Shown here: one piece after another, positions 10,882 through 19,631 of the stretch
How positions within the stretch are numbered: the stretch's first letter is position 1
How the letters are laid out: each line of letters opens with the position of its first letter
DNA from: a virus
Lineage: Duplodnaviria > Heunggongvirae > Uroviricota > Caudoviricetes
Length of the DNA: 39,982 nt
Strand: one strand, 5' to 3'
Virus record (IMG/VR): IMGVR_UViG_3300047393_000100
Program-made: the position numbers and the translations under genes
The notes under the pieces: generated by a model
Database searches by the model: none
Seen by the model: only the letters and a program-made list of their open reading frames with translations
Told to the model about the DNA's origin: nothing

Positions 10882-11703
10882 ATGACATTAGATAGTATTA
10901 AATATATAGTCACAGTAGGCACATCATTCACTCACGGGGGTGGTTACGCCGAAGGTACAGATACTATTAAAATATTAAATAAGTATGAAAATAACATTCC
11001 AAGTACACAGGAAGAATGTTCTTGGCCTGCCTTTTTAAAGAAATTAATCAAATCAGAAATTAAAATTTATAATTTGGCACTACCTGGTACTGGTATTGAA
11101 TATTTGATTAGAACTACAAATGAATGGATTATGAAAAATGAGAATAAAGTTAAAGATACTTTATTTTTATTAGAAAATTCTGGATATGGAAGAATTGAGT
11201 TATGGGATAATGAAGTAGAAAGATATGTTGTATGTAATTGGGATTATGGAGTTAGAAAGGATAATTTCTGTGTATCTTTACATAATGGAATTTCTTGGAG
11301 AAATTCAAAAAAATTAAATGATAAAATAGGTAGTGGAGAGATACAAGTTGAAAAATTTCTAGATCGATATTGTTCACCAATGCTTTTAATTGAGAATTTA
11401 CAATCACAATTCTTTGACTTTCTATGCAAATTGAAATACCATGGTATTAATTTTAAAATATTTGGAGAACATTTTTATGATGAAAGCTTTCAAAATGATA
11501 ATATAGTAAAAGGTAATAGACTTTATTTAAATGACAATAAAAATATTCAACATTGCGGAATATATCAATTCATTGCAGCTAATAAAGTTCAAATAAAAAA
11601 TATTACAAATGGTGAGATTAATGATGACCATGCGTGCCTAGAAGGAAATAGACAAATTGCAGAACAGTATTATAATCAACTTAAAGAATTATATAAACTA
11701 TGA
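10882..11703 (+). CDS. SGNH/GDSL-like hydrolase or acyltransferase
   Basis: VGTSFTHG (block I), SWPAFL, NLALPGTG (block II), DDHACLEGN (DxH-like block V). Confidence 0.55.
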   Translation: MTLDSIKYIVTVGTSFTHGGGYAEGTDTIKILNKYENNIPSTQEECSWPAFLKKLIKSEIKIYNLALPGTGIEYLIRTTNEWIMKNENKVKDTLFLLENSGYGRIELWDNEVERYVVCNWDYGVRKDNFCVSLHNGISWRNSKKLNDKIGSGEIQVEKFLDRYCSPMLLIENLQSQFFDFLCKLKYHGINFKIFGEHFYDESFQNDNIVKGNRLYLNDNKNIQHCGIYQFIAANKVQIKNITNGEINDDHACLEGNRQIAEQYYNQLKELYKL

Positions 11704-13373
11704 TACAGTTAGGAATTTCAGCATTCTATCATGATTCAGCGGCTTGTTTAATTAAAGATGGCAAGGTGTTAGGCGCTATTGAGGAAGAAAAGTTTACAGG
11801 AATAAAACACGATATGAATTTTCCAATCAATTCAATAAATTGGTTACTAAGTGAGTTTGAATGTAATACATGTGACATCAATGAAATATGCTGGTATGAA
11901 AATCCTGATCTTAAAAGGGATAGAATTTTATCTATTTTTAAAAAATATCCTATTAAAAACTTCTGGAATAGGATTAAATTCATAAAGAGACATAAAATCG
12001 AAGGAGATATCCATGCTATTTTAATTAAATATTTACAGTATGATGGTAAAGTTACGTATGTTTCTCATCATCTTTCGCATGCTGCTTTTTCATATTATAC
12101 ATCACCATTTAAAAAAGGTAAAACCATTATTGTTACAATAGATGGTGTTGGAGAGTGGGATACGAGCGCAGTTTACCTTGCAGAAAATGGTAAAATTATT
12201 AATAAAGTAATTGAGACTACATTTCCCAATTCAATTGGAATGTTATATTCTACATTTACTGCATTCTTAGGATTTGCGCCTAATGAAGGAGAATATAAAG
12301 TAATGGGATTGGCAGGATATGGAAACAAGAGTAACAATCCATATTATAATAAAATAATGGAACTTATTACTCTTAACAATGATGGTTCATTTGAGATAAA
12401 TCAAAAATACTTTACATGGGAATATTCTGACAAAATCATGTTTAATGACTCTCTTTGTGAATATTTACAGTTATCACCAAGGACAAAGGATACAGTAATT
12501 TCTACAGAATATATGGATTTGGCATATGCCATTCAAATGGTATATGAAAATGTATTTAGACATATTATTTCTACCATGCATAAAAAATATGGAGTAACAC
12601 AAATCTGTCTAGGCGGTGGATGCGCATATAATGGTATTGCAAATACAATCGCTTATGAATATTTTAAGAATGTGTGGATTCCATTTGCTCCATCTGATTC
12701 TGGTTCTGCAATTGGAGCATGTCTATCAATTAATAAAGAAATGATTGAAGTTTCTCCATATATAGGACCTAACTATAAAGATTATGATTTAAGTGAAGAT
12801 TTAATAAAGAAATCTAATTATATCACATGGAAACACATGAAAGAAGATGAAATTATAGAACAAGTTGCCAATGATATACATAAAGGTGATGTAATTGGGT
12901 GGTTTCAAGGTGCTATGGAATTTGGAGCAAGAGCACTTGGAAATAGGTCAATTTTAGCTTCTCCATTGGGAGAACACACTAAAGATAGACTGAATACCGT
13001 TATTAAGAAAAGAGAAGGATTTAGACCTTTTGCGCCAAGTTGCATTGAAGAAGAAGCTAATAATTTTTTTAATATACCTGAACCTGTTCCATATATGAAT
13101 CAAATAGTACATGTAAAGGATAATAAAATGCCAGCAATAACACATGTAGATGGAACTGCTAGAGTTCAAACAGTAACACAAAAACAGAATGATAAATATT
13201 ATAGATTATTAAAAAAACTTGGAGAATTATCTGGATATCCTATTTGTTTAAATACTTCATTTAACTTTAAAGATCAAACGATAACGATGACCCCTGCACA
13301 GGCAATTGATAGATTTTTAGATTGCGAAATGGATAGTTTAGTTATCAATAATACATATATAACAAAAAAATGA
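11700..13373 (+). CDS. Carbamoyltransferase, NodU/CmcH/TobZ family
   Basis: LGISAFYHDSAACL...EEEKFTGIKH, HHLSHAA, DGVGEW, EYKVMGLAGYG, EFGARALGNRSILA, REGFRPFAPS, HVDGTARVQTV, LNTSFN. Confidence 0.92.
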   Translation: MIQLGISAFYHDSAACLIKDGKVLGAIEEEKFTGIKHDMNFPINSINWLLSEFECNTCDINEICWYENPDLKRDRILSIFKKYPIKNFWNRIKFIKRHKIEGDIHAILIKYLQYDGKVTYVSHHLSHAAFSYYTSPFKKGKTIIVTIDGVGEWDTSAVYLAENGKIINKVIETTFPNSIGMLYSTFTAFLGFAPNEGEYKVMGLAGYGNKSNNPYYNKIMELITLNNDGSFEINQKYFTWEYSDKIMFNDSLCEYLQLSPRTKDTVISTEYMDLAYAIQMVYENVFRHIISTMHKKYGVTQICLGGGCAYNGIANTIAYEYFKNVWIPFAPSDSGSAIGACLSINKEMIEVSPYIGPNYKDYDLSEDLIKKSNYITWKHMKEDEIIEQVANDIHKGDVIGWFQGAMEFGARALGNRSILASPLGEHTKDRLNTVIKKREGFRPFAPSCIEEEANNFFNIPEPVPYMNQIVHVKDNKMPAITHVDGTARVQTVTQKQNDKYYRLLKKLGELSGYPICLNTSFNFKDQTITMTPAQAIDRFLDCEMDSLVINNTYITKK

Positions 13374-13492
13374 TTAGAAAATTAATTACATTTATAAAAC
13401 TAAAATTAATGGAACGCAGAAAAAAACTAATGTTTAAAAAGGCATTGGATAAATATAAAAAGCAAGGACCATTAAATTATAAAAATTTTTAA
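13370..13492 (+). CDS. 40-aa basic protein (not in ORF track)
   Basis: MIRKLITFIKLKLMERRKKLMFKKALDKYKKQGPLNYKNF; ATGA overlap with the carbamoyltransferase stop. Confidence 0.55.
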   Translation: MIRKLITFIKLKLMERRKKLMFKKALDKYKKQGPLNYKNF

Positions 13493-13505
13493 TAAATTCA
13501 GTATT

Positions 13506-13533
13506 GAAACAATAATTGCAATATACGTATAAT
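13506..13533 (+). promoter_or_regulatory. Class-2 promoter GAAAC-N17-TATAAT
   Basis: Exact 17-nt spacer upstream of the HAD gene. Confidence 0.6.
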
Positions 13534-13539
13534 TAATAT

Positions 13540-14091
13540 ATGGCAATGAAAAAATATACAACTGATAAGATTTTAATCTTCGACATTGACGACACTCTTG
13601 TGATAACGCATGCGAAGATAGTAGTTACTGATTCTAAAACTAAAGAATCATTTACGTTGACACCTGAAGAATTCAATGAGTATGAAAGAGGTATCGATCA
13701 TTGTATTAATTTTGACCAATTTCGATGTATAGAAATCATGAAAGCTGGCAAATTAATCTATAAATATTTCGATATTCTTAAAGAAAATTATAAAAAAGGT
13801 ATTGCAATTGGAATTATTACGGCTAGAGATGATAGAAATATGATTTATGAATGGTTCAAATATCATCTTGGATTTCATATTGATATGGAACTAATATGGG
13901 CTGTGAATGACCCCCTACATGGACTTACTGGAAACATACAAGAACGTAAGAAGCAGGCAATGCAATGGTTTATTGACGTAGGATATACTGACATCACGTT
14001 TTTTGATGATGATTTAAATAACATAAAATTAATTAATGAGTTGGGTATCGCATTGGAAATACCTATCAAAACGCATTTAGCTACAAAATAA
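13540..14091 (+). CDS. HAD-superfamily phosphatase
   Basis: ILIFDIDDTL (motif I), IITARD (motif II), FFDDDLNN (motif IV). Confidence 0.75.
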   Translation: MAMKKYTTDKILIFDIDDTLVITHAKIVVTDSKTKESFTLTPEEFNEYERGIDHCINFDQFRCIEIMKAGKLIYKYFDILKENYKKGIAIGIITARDDRNMIYEWFKYHLGFHIDMELIWAVNDPLHGLTGNIQERKKQAMQWFIDVGYTDITFFDDDLNNIKLINELGIALEIPIKTHLATK

Positions 14092-14094
14092 AGT

Positions 14095-15177
14095 ATGCGA
14101 AAAACGAAAAAAACGAATGCTATTTTAACATTAGTTGAAGAGGCTACTATACCTGGAACTTTGCATAATAACATGTATTTATTACAAAGATTGGTAGATA
14201 AAGGAAAATTGGAAGATTATCAAAGATTTATTACACAATTTCCAAATGGACAATTAGCAGCAATGTTACTTAAATATTTTGAAAGTCTGTCAGAGGATGA
14301 ATCTGATATATTAGCAGATGCTCTATATTCGTTAGAAGGTCCTCATCAATTAACAAAAGAGTATTATGCTGACAGAAATAATGTATGGGGTAGAATGTTT
14401 GACATGCAGGTTAGAGGATCAGGAAAGGGAGAAGTAATAATTGCATGGCTAATAAAAAATTCAAGCATACAAGGAGGTACCGAATCATTTGATGTTTTAA
14501 TTGAAGATAAAAAATATGAGGTAAAAGATTGGTCAAATCAAAAAAATTCATCAATATTGACTGGTGTGAAATCGAAGGTTTCTAATTTTGAATTTTGGAG
14601 AGAGATTGTAGATACTATTAGAAGATTAGATAAATTAACAGGATATTCAACATCGCCTAAGTTTAATTTTAAAGATTATTTCGATGATGATATATGTAAT
14701 TTGGTAGATATTATTTTAGAAAGACAAGGTATGATACTTTCTGGTGAATTTAATACAACAGATATTAAAAACTTTAAAAAATTCTATCAAAACATAAATT
14801 CTATTAATACTGAAATAATAGGATTTACAAATGTAATTCTTAGAGGACCTAATCAAGTTCCAATTGAATTAAGCATTGATCCCATTCATTTAAAAGATAT
14901 TTTAAATGAGTCATTAACAATACAAAGATCAAGCACTGATAATACATTTATTTATATTTTAACCGAACTGCGCAGACTAAAGTATGCAAGAAATCCAGAT
15001 GAACTGTACGCTGATATGCAATATGCTGTAAATAAAATAGTGGAAGGAATAACATATATTGTATATAGAGAAAATCAAATTAATATAACATGTGACTTTG
15101 TGCCACATGCTGTGAGTATATCAAGTTTAAGATTTCTTGAAAAAAGTATAGCTACCAAACATATAATTGATATATAA
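14095..15177 (+). CDS. Putative PD-(D/E)XK nuclease-fold protein
   Basis: GKGEVIIAW...FDVLIEDKKYEVK: E, D and ExK arrangement of restriction-like nucleases. Confidence 0.45.
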   Translation: MRKTKKTNAILTLVEEATIPGTLHNNMYLLQRLVDKGKLEDYQRFITQFPNGQLAAMLLKYFESLSEDESDILADALYSLEGPHQLTKEYYADRNNVWGRMFDMQVRGSGKGEVIIAWLIKNSSIQGGTESFDVLIEDKKYEVKDWSNQKNSSILTGVKSKVSNFEFWREIVDTIRRLDKLTGYSTSPKFNFKDYFDDDICNLVDIILERQGMILSGEFNTTDIKNFKKFYQNINSINTEIIGFTNVILRGPNQVPIELSIDPIHLKDILNESLTIQRSSTDNTFIYILTELRRLKYARNPDELYADMQYAVNKIVEGITYIVYRENQINITCDFVPHAVSISSLRFLEKSIATKHIIDI

Positions 15178-15180
15178 ATA
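15169..15180 (+). promoter_or_regulatory. Putative late promoter GATATATAAATA
   Basis: Immediately upstream of the leader-bearing gene cluster. Confidence 0.4.
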
Positions 15181-15198
15181 TAAATTATATGTAATCAT

Positions 15199-15381
15199 AT
15201 GAGTCAAGAAGAATGGAATGTATATATTGATACTGGATTTGTTCCTCATTATTTTATAAAAGAAATAGTGGAGAGTATTAAACTTGGCCATGTGTTAACA
15301 CCCAAGCACTTACAAATCTATATTACACATAGCCAAATAATAGAAATATATCTAAACACGAAAAACGATGAAAAAAATTAA
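15199..15381 (+). CDS. Hypothetical protein
   Basis: 60-aa ORF after a GATATATAAATA motif, overlapping the next gene start. Confidence 0.55.
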   Translation: MSQEEWNVYIDTGFVPHYFIKEIVESIKLGHVLTPKHLQIYITHSQIIEIYLNTKNDEKN

Positions 15382-16150
15382 ATTATTCGAAGAATTTATT
15401 AATGAAATTAAAGGAAGAAATAACACAGATCCTGAAGAAATAATAGATGATATTAACTCTAGAGTTAACTTTGGAAGTGCTGCAATCAAAGACACTAAAG
15501 ATGGACCGTCTATTGTTATTTACCTTGATAAAAAATCTGAAAATCATAGTACAATAGTAAAAGAACTTGAAAAAATATATACTGATGCTATTAAATATGA
15601 AAAAGGCAACTCAAGTAAAGATATCATTGTCTTTAGAATCAATGAAGAATTTGTTAATGAAATTAATATAGAAGATACCGAAATAACAGAAACTATATCT
15701 GAATTTTATGAATTGCAGATGCAAATCTTACAACTACAATCTGAGTTAAAACAAAAACAGGCGCAGTTTAAAAAGTTTGATACAAATATTCAACCAATAA
15801 TCGATGGAATGAAAGAAACTGGTGATAAGTTAGGGGTTACTGAAAAGTATGTTGTAAAGGTTTCAAGATTTGGATATGAAAGAACTACTGCATCATATAA
15901 AGATGCGTTTGAATTAGCGCTATCTAAAGTAAATGGAGCTACTCAAAAAATATTAAAGGAAGCGTTAGTTGCAACCGAAAAGGTAGGAAGTGTTGCAAAT
16001 TCATACACGATTGACCAAATGAATGAAGCGAATATTTTTCAAAAGATTATATCAACGTTAAAGGATATTTCCAGTAAATTTGTTAATATGTTTAAAAAGG
16101 AATCTAAAAATATTGATGCTGCAAATAATGATTTAAAAAAAATAGTATAA
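15368..16150 (+). CDS. Putative capsid-internal polyprotein, MKKIKLFEEFINE leader
   Basis: Leader plus internal INEEFVNE-I and QMNE-A sites; coiled-coil second module. Confidence 0.7.
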   Translation: MKKIKLFEEFINEIKGRNNTDPEEIIDDINSRVNFGSAAIKDTKDGPSIVIYLDKKSENHSTIVKELEKIYTDAIKYEKGNSSKDIIVFRINEEFVNEINIEDTEITETISEFYELQMQILQLQSELKQKQAQFKKFDTNIQPIIDGMKETGDKLGVTEKYVVKVSRFGYERTTASYKDAFELALSKVNGATQKILKEALVATEKVGSVANSYTIDQMNEANIFQKIISTLKDISSKFVNMFKKESKNIDAANNDLKKIV

Positions 16151-16701
16151 TGAAAAAAATTAAACTATTCGAAGAATTTATGAATGAATCAGTAAATGAA
16201 AAGAAAGCAGCATATGATTACGGATGTGCAATGATATACTTTGAATTTCCAGAAATGGAAGATATTCACGTTAAAATAGAGAAAGATGATGTATTTGTGG
16301 ATCCTAAAGATTCTACATTTGGACTAGAAACTGAACCGCATTGCACATTATTATATGGATTACATGCTGATGTGGCTCTTAACACTATTAAAAAAATAGT
16401 AGATGGATTTGAATTTGGTGAATGTACTATTAAAGAGGCTTCACTTTTTGAAAATGAAAAATTTGATGTACTTAAATTTGATGTAACTGGAAGTGGATTA
16501 CACGATTGCAATTCTGCTTTATCAAAATTACCACATACTACTGATTATCCTAACTACCATCCACATATGACAGTGGCATACCTTAAAAATGGTATGGGTA
16601 AAAAATATGTAGATTTATTAGGAACTGAAGAAAGAACCTTAAAACCATCATATATTGTTTATAGCCAACCTGATGGTACCAAAACCAAGATATCTTTATA
16701 A
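16150..16701 (+). CDS. 2H phosphoesterase, Acb1/T4 gp57B-like, with MKKIKLFEEFMNE leader
   Basis: Two HxT motifs (EPHCTLLYGL, YHPHMTVAY), YGCAM N-motif, DYPNYHPH. Confidence 0.75.
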   Translation: MKKIKLFEEFMNESVNEKKAAYDYGCAMIYFEFPEMEDIHVKIEKDDVFVDPKDSTFGLETEPHCTLLYGLHADVALNTIKKIVDGFEFGECTIKEASLFENEKFDVLKFDVTGSGLHDCNSALSKLPHTTDYPNYHPHMTVAYLKNGMGKKYVDLLGTEERTLKPSYIVYSQPDGTKTKISL

Positions 16702-16703
16702 GA

Positions 16704-16711
16704 GATATATA
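16704..16711 (+). promoter_or_regulatory. Putative late promoter GATATATA
   Basis: In the 35-nt gap before the 16737 gene. Confidence 0.35.
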
Positions 16712-16736
16712 AATGTAATAAACATAAAACAATATA

Positions 16737-17669
16737 ATGAAAAGAGTAAAGTTATTTGAAGAATTTATAAATGAATCTAAAGGATTAGAATTAGTACATG
16801 CATATGATAAAGATGGTACGATGTATGGTACTGGAGAACTTGTTAAAAAACAAGGTTCAAAATCTTTAATTAGATTTGACAGTGAAACTGAAAAATGGTT
16901 TGACAATAAAGACATTAAATTAGTAGAATCTAAATATAATGGAAATGTTGCCGGTGATGCCGCTGAATATATTGCTAAAGAATTATCGCAATACGTTAAA
17001 GGTATTATAAACCAATCTAATAATAATGTTACTTATTTTCATTTAAAAGATAAATCATATAAATCTAAAGTTATTAAAACCCTAAAGGATATTTATGGTT
17101 TAGATGCACAAGATGGTGGAACTCAATTCTCACCTTCACCAACTATCAAATTTGATAATGACGTAATATTGGAATCAAATATCGACGAAGCTACTACATC
17201 TTGGAGTAAAATGATGAAAGGTGTTAAGGGTGGAGATGGTGGACCTTGGAGTTTGGTTGCTATTGAATATGGAAAAGTAGTTGGTCAAAAAAATAGCATA
17301 AAGGTTAGAGACATATTACCTGCTGAATTTGAAGAATTTCGTAAACAATTTCCAAAGGCAAAAATTCATATTGAAGATGCTGGCGGTGGAGTAGTTTGGA
17401 ATGAATCTATTGTTAATGAAGCTCAAATCGGAGATAAATTAACTAAGAAATTTACAGAAGAAACTGGAATCTCAGTATGGGACAAAGTAACTTTAAAATC
17501 AGAATCTGGAATTTGGGTCGTTGCAAGATTATGGGCACCAAAGGATGATGGTGGTATGAATCCTGGTTTACATATTGAATTAACTAAAGGTAGTTCAAGA
17601 GAACACTTTCAGGTAATGGATGATAATGGAAATTTAAGCCAATTTGGAAAAGAAATCACAAAGAAATAA
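16737..17669 (+). CDS. Putative capsid-internal polyprotein, four small modules
   Basis: MKRVKLFEEFINE leader; linkers KLVE-S, VILE-SNIDE-A, VWNE-SIVNE-A. Confidence 0.7.
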   Translation: MKRVKLFEEFINESKGLELVHAYDKDGTMYGTGELVKKQGSKSLIRFDSETEKWFDNKDIKLVESKYNGNVAGDAAEYIAKELSQYVKGIINQSNNNVTYFHLKDKSYKSKVIKTLKDIYGLDAQDGGTQFSPSPTIKFDNDVILESNIDEATTSWSKMMKGVKGGDGGPWSLVAIEYGKVVGQKNSIKVRDILPAEFEEFRKQFPKAKIHIEDAGGGVVWNESIVNEAQIGDKLTKKFTEETGISVWDKVTLKSESGIWVVARLWAPKDDGGMNPGLHIELTKGSSREHFQVMDDNGNLSQFGKEITKK

Positions 17670-17935
17670 TGAAACACATTAAATTATACGAGGAATTTGT
17701 AAATGAAAAAGAATTTACAGAGGATCAAAGAAAAGAATTAGCAAGTAAAGGATTTGCATTGCCAGATGGAAGCTTTCCAATCGAAAATGTAGAAGATCTT
17801 AAGAATGCAATTCAAGCATATGGTAGAGCAGGAGACCAATCTGCAGCCGCAAAACATATTGCAAAACGCGCAAAGGCATTAGGACAAGAAGATCTAATAC
17901 CAACCAGTGATGATTTTCAAAAAAGTTTAAAATAA
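17669..17935 (+). CDS. Leader-bearing small protein, DUF6582-like domain
   Basis: MKHIKLYEEFVNE leader; ALPDGSFPIENVEDLKNAIQAYGRA...HIAKRAKALG resembles a phage head-associated domain as I recall it. Confidence 0.6.
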   Translation: MKHIKLYEEFVNEKEFTEDQRKELASKGFALPDGSFPIENVEDLKNAIQAYGRAGDQSAAAKHIAKRAKALGQEDLIPTSDDFQKSLK

Positions 17936-17937
17936 GT

Positions 17938-18447
17938 ATGAAAAAAGTAAGATTATACGAAGAATTCATTAATGAATCAAAGGATGTATTTCCAAATGAA
18001 ATCATAGGAAATGATAATATTCTTTTTAAGAAGGAGTGGGAAAAAATGAATGGTGGTAAACTTGCTGCCAAATATAACCAATATTTTAAAGGTTATGATA
18101 TTGATACAGGTGGACGTATCTTTAATACAGTAGATCAGTTAGAAAAATATATAAAAGCTACTGAACTTTCAAATAATCAATATAACAAATATAAGTATAT
18201 GCCAGAGATTCCAATTAAAGAATCTTTAGATGAAGCAGATGGTAGAGATACTCTAGGTGAATTACAAGAAATGGCATTAGGTCAACTTGAGAGAATAGCA
18301 GACTATGCTAATATGATTAAAGATCGCATAAACAGTGGAGAATCTCTAGAATCATGGATGTTTTCTCAATTAACTATTTCTTTAGAAAATCTAAATGCAA
18401 TACATGATTCAATGGACGGTAACGATAAAAACCCAAACGATAATTAA
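17938..18447 (+). CDS. Putative capsid-internal polyprotein, two modules
   Basis: MKKVRLYEEFINE leader; PIKE-SLDE-A linker; helical C-module EMALGQLERIADYA...LESWMFSQL. Confidence 0.7.
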   Translation: MKKVRLYEEFINESKDVFPNEIIGNDNILFKKEWEKMNGGKLAAKYNQYFKGYDIDTGGRIFNTVDQLEKYIKATELSNNQYNKYKYMPEIPIKESLDEADGRDTLGELQEMALGQLERIADYANMIKDRINSGESLESWMFSQLTISLENLNAIHDSMDGNDKNPNDN

Positions 18448-18449
18448 TT

Positions 18450-18671
18450 ATGAAAAAACTAATCTTAGCAATCCTATTACTATCAACACTTAGTTGTGCA
18501 ACTGTATTCCATAATGGACCAATTACAGAATATCAAAGAACCAAACCTCAAACAGGAGAACCTCAAAGAAAGGTAAAGGTATTACCACTAGTGGCAGACT
18601 TAATTATTTTCTGGCCAGCAACTGTGGTAGATTTTGCAACAGGTGCAATATACTTACCAAAAGAAAAATAG
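18450..18671 (+). CDS. Small lipoprotein
   Basis: MKKLILAILLLSTLS-C lipobox; VADLIIFWPATVVDFATGAIY resembles small Bacteroidota lipoproteins as I recall them. Confidence 0.7.
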   Translation: MKKLILAILLLSTLSCATVFHNGPITEYQRTKPQTGEPQRKVKVLPLVADLIIFWPATVVDFATGAIYLPKEK

Positions 18672-18693
18672 GTCTAGTAATTTAAAGTAAAGC

Positions 18694-18720
18694 AAGGGAT
18701 CCCCAACAGGATCCCTTTTT
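18694..18720 (+). terminator. Intrinsic terminator
   Basis: AAGGGATCC-CCAACA-GGATCCCTT followed by a T run. Confidence 0.85.
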
Positions 18721-19424
18721 CTATGCCCCCTAATCCTCTGACATGCCTCCACCTATCCAAAATCCACAAGATATAATTACAAGTACTTGGCATAAACCTA
18801 ACCCCCACAGGAATCCAAAATCATTACCAACCCCAAGGTCCCGAGTCGACGAAACCCCACCCCCACCATACAATAAAAATAATAATAATCTATAAAGACT
18901 AGATAAACAATAAGAACAGCTAAAGAATCTTAATAACAAACTAGATATAAACATACTAGATAATACAAGTATAAGATCCTCCATATCCCCAAGTATTCAA
19001 GTTATATCCATTCATATGTCCACCCTAACCCTGTAAGTATTAAAGATCTCTATGCTCCTACACCCGTACACGGGTAGAGTCCCCTAGGTGACCAGTTCAA
19101 GCATTTAAGATTTGATAATGATATATACAGGCCTTTAAGATCCCTAAGCCCCTAGTCCCCTAAGTCCCTGATTGGTAATGTAAATCCGTAAAGTAGATAC
19201 GTTAGGGCCCAAAGTCAATGTTCCAGGACCCTACTTAAACCTCTCGCCCAATTATCTCACCCCACAGGTCCCCACCCCCTGTATGTCACCTACCCTCCGG
19301 ACGCCAAAAAACCCCGCGAGCATGCTCTGTAGCACAGTCCAGCAGGGTGGCAAGGGTTTCATGGCTCTTCTGTGATTTTCTTAGAAAAGCCGACCAGACC
19401 CTAATTTGAAATTGTTAATAACTT

Positions 19425-19625
19425 TTACGATTGCAGGTACACCGTATGCCAGGCACTAAATCCCTCAGAGGTACTTGACCAGTCGAATCCAACTCGTAAA
19501 ATATCTTTTAGGTTTTGAAATCGGGTTTGAGCTAGATCTAGATCTTGTCTTAGATATTTTGCAATTTGCGTTCTTAGTTCTGGTGCTACGGTATCTAGTA
19601 TAGATTGGATAGTTTTAGTTTGCAT
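19425..19625 (-). CDS. Hypothetical early protein
   Basis: 66 aa, 6 nt downstream of the 19632 gene; FDWSSTSEGFSAW aromatic motif. Confidence 0.6.
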   Translation of the reverse strand: MQTKTIQSILDTVAPELRTQIAKYLRQDLDLAQTRFQNLKDILRVGFDWSSTSEGFSAWHTVYLQS

Positions 19626-19631
19626 GGTATA

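Noticed and set aside
18730-18984. 84-aa minus-strand ORF
   Set aside because: Low-complexity translation of the C-rich tract, with no promoter motif and atypical composition
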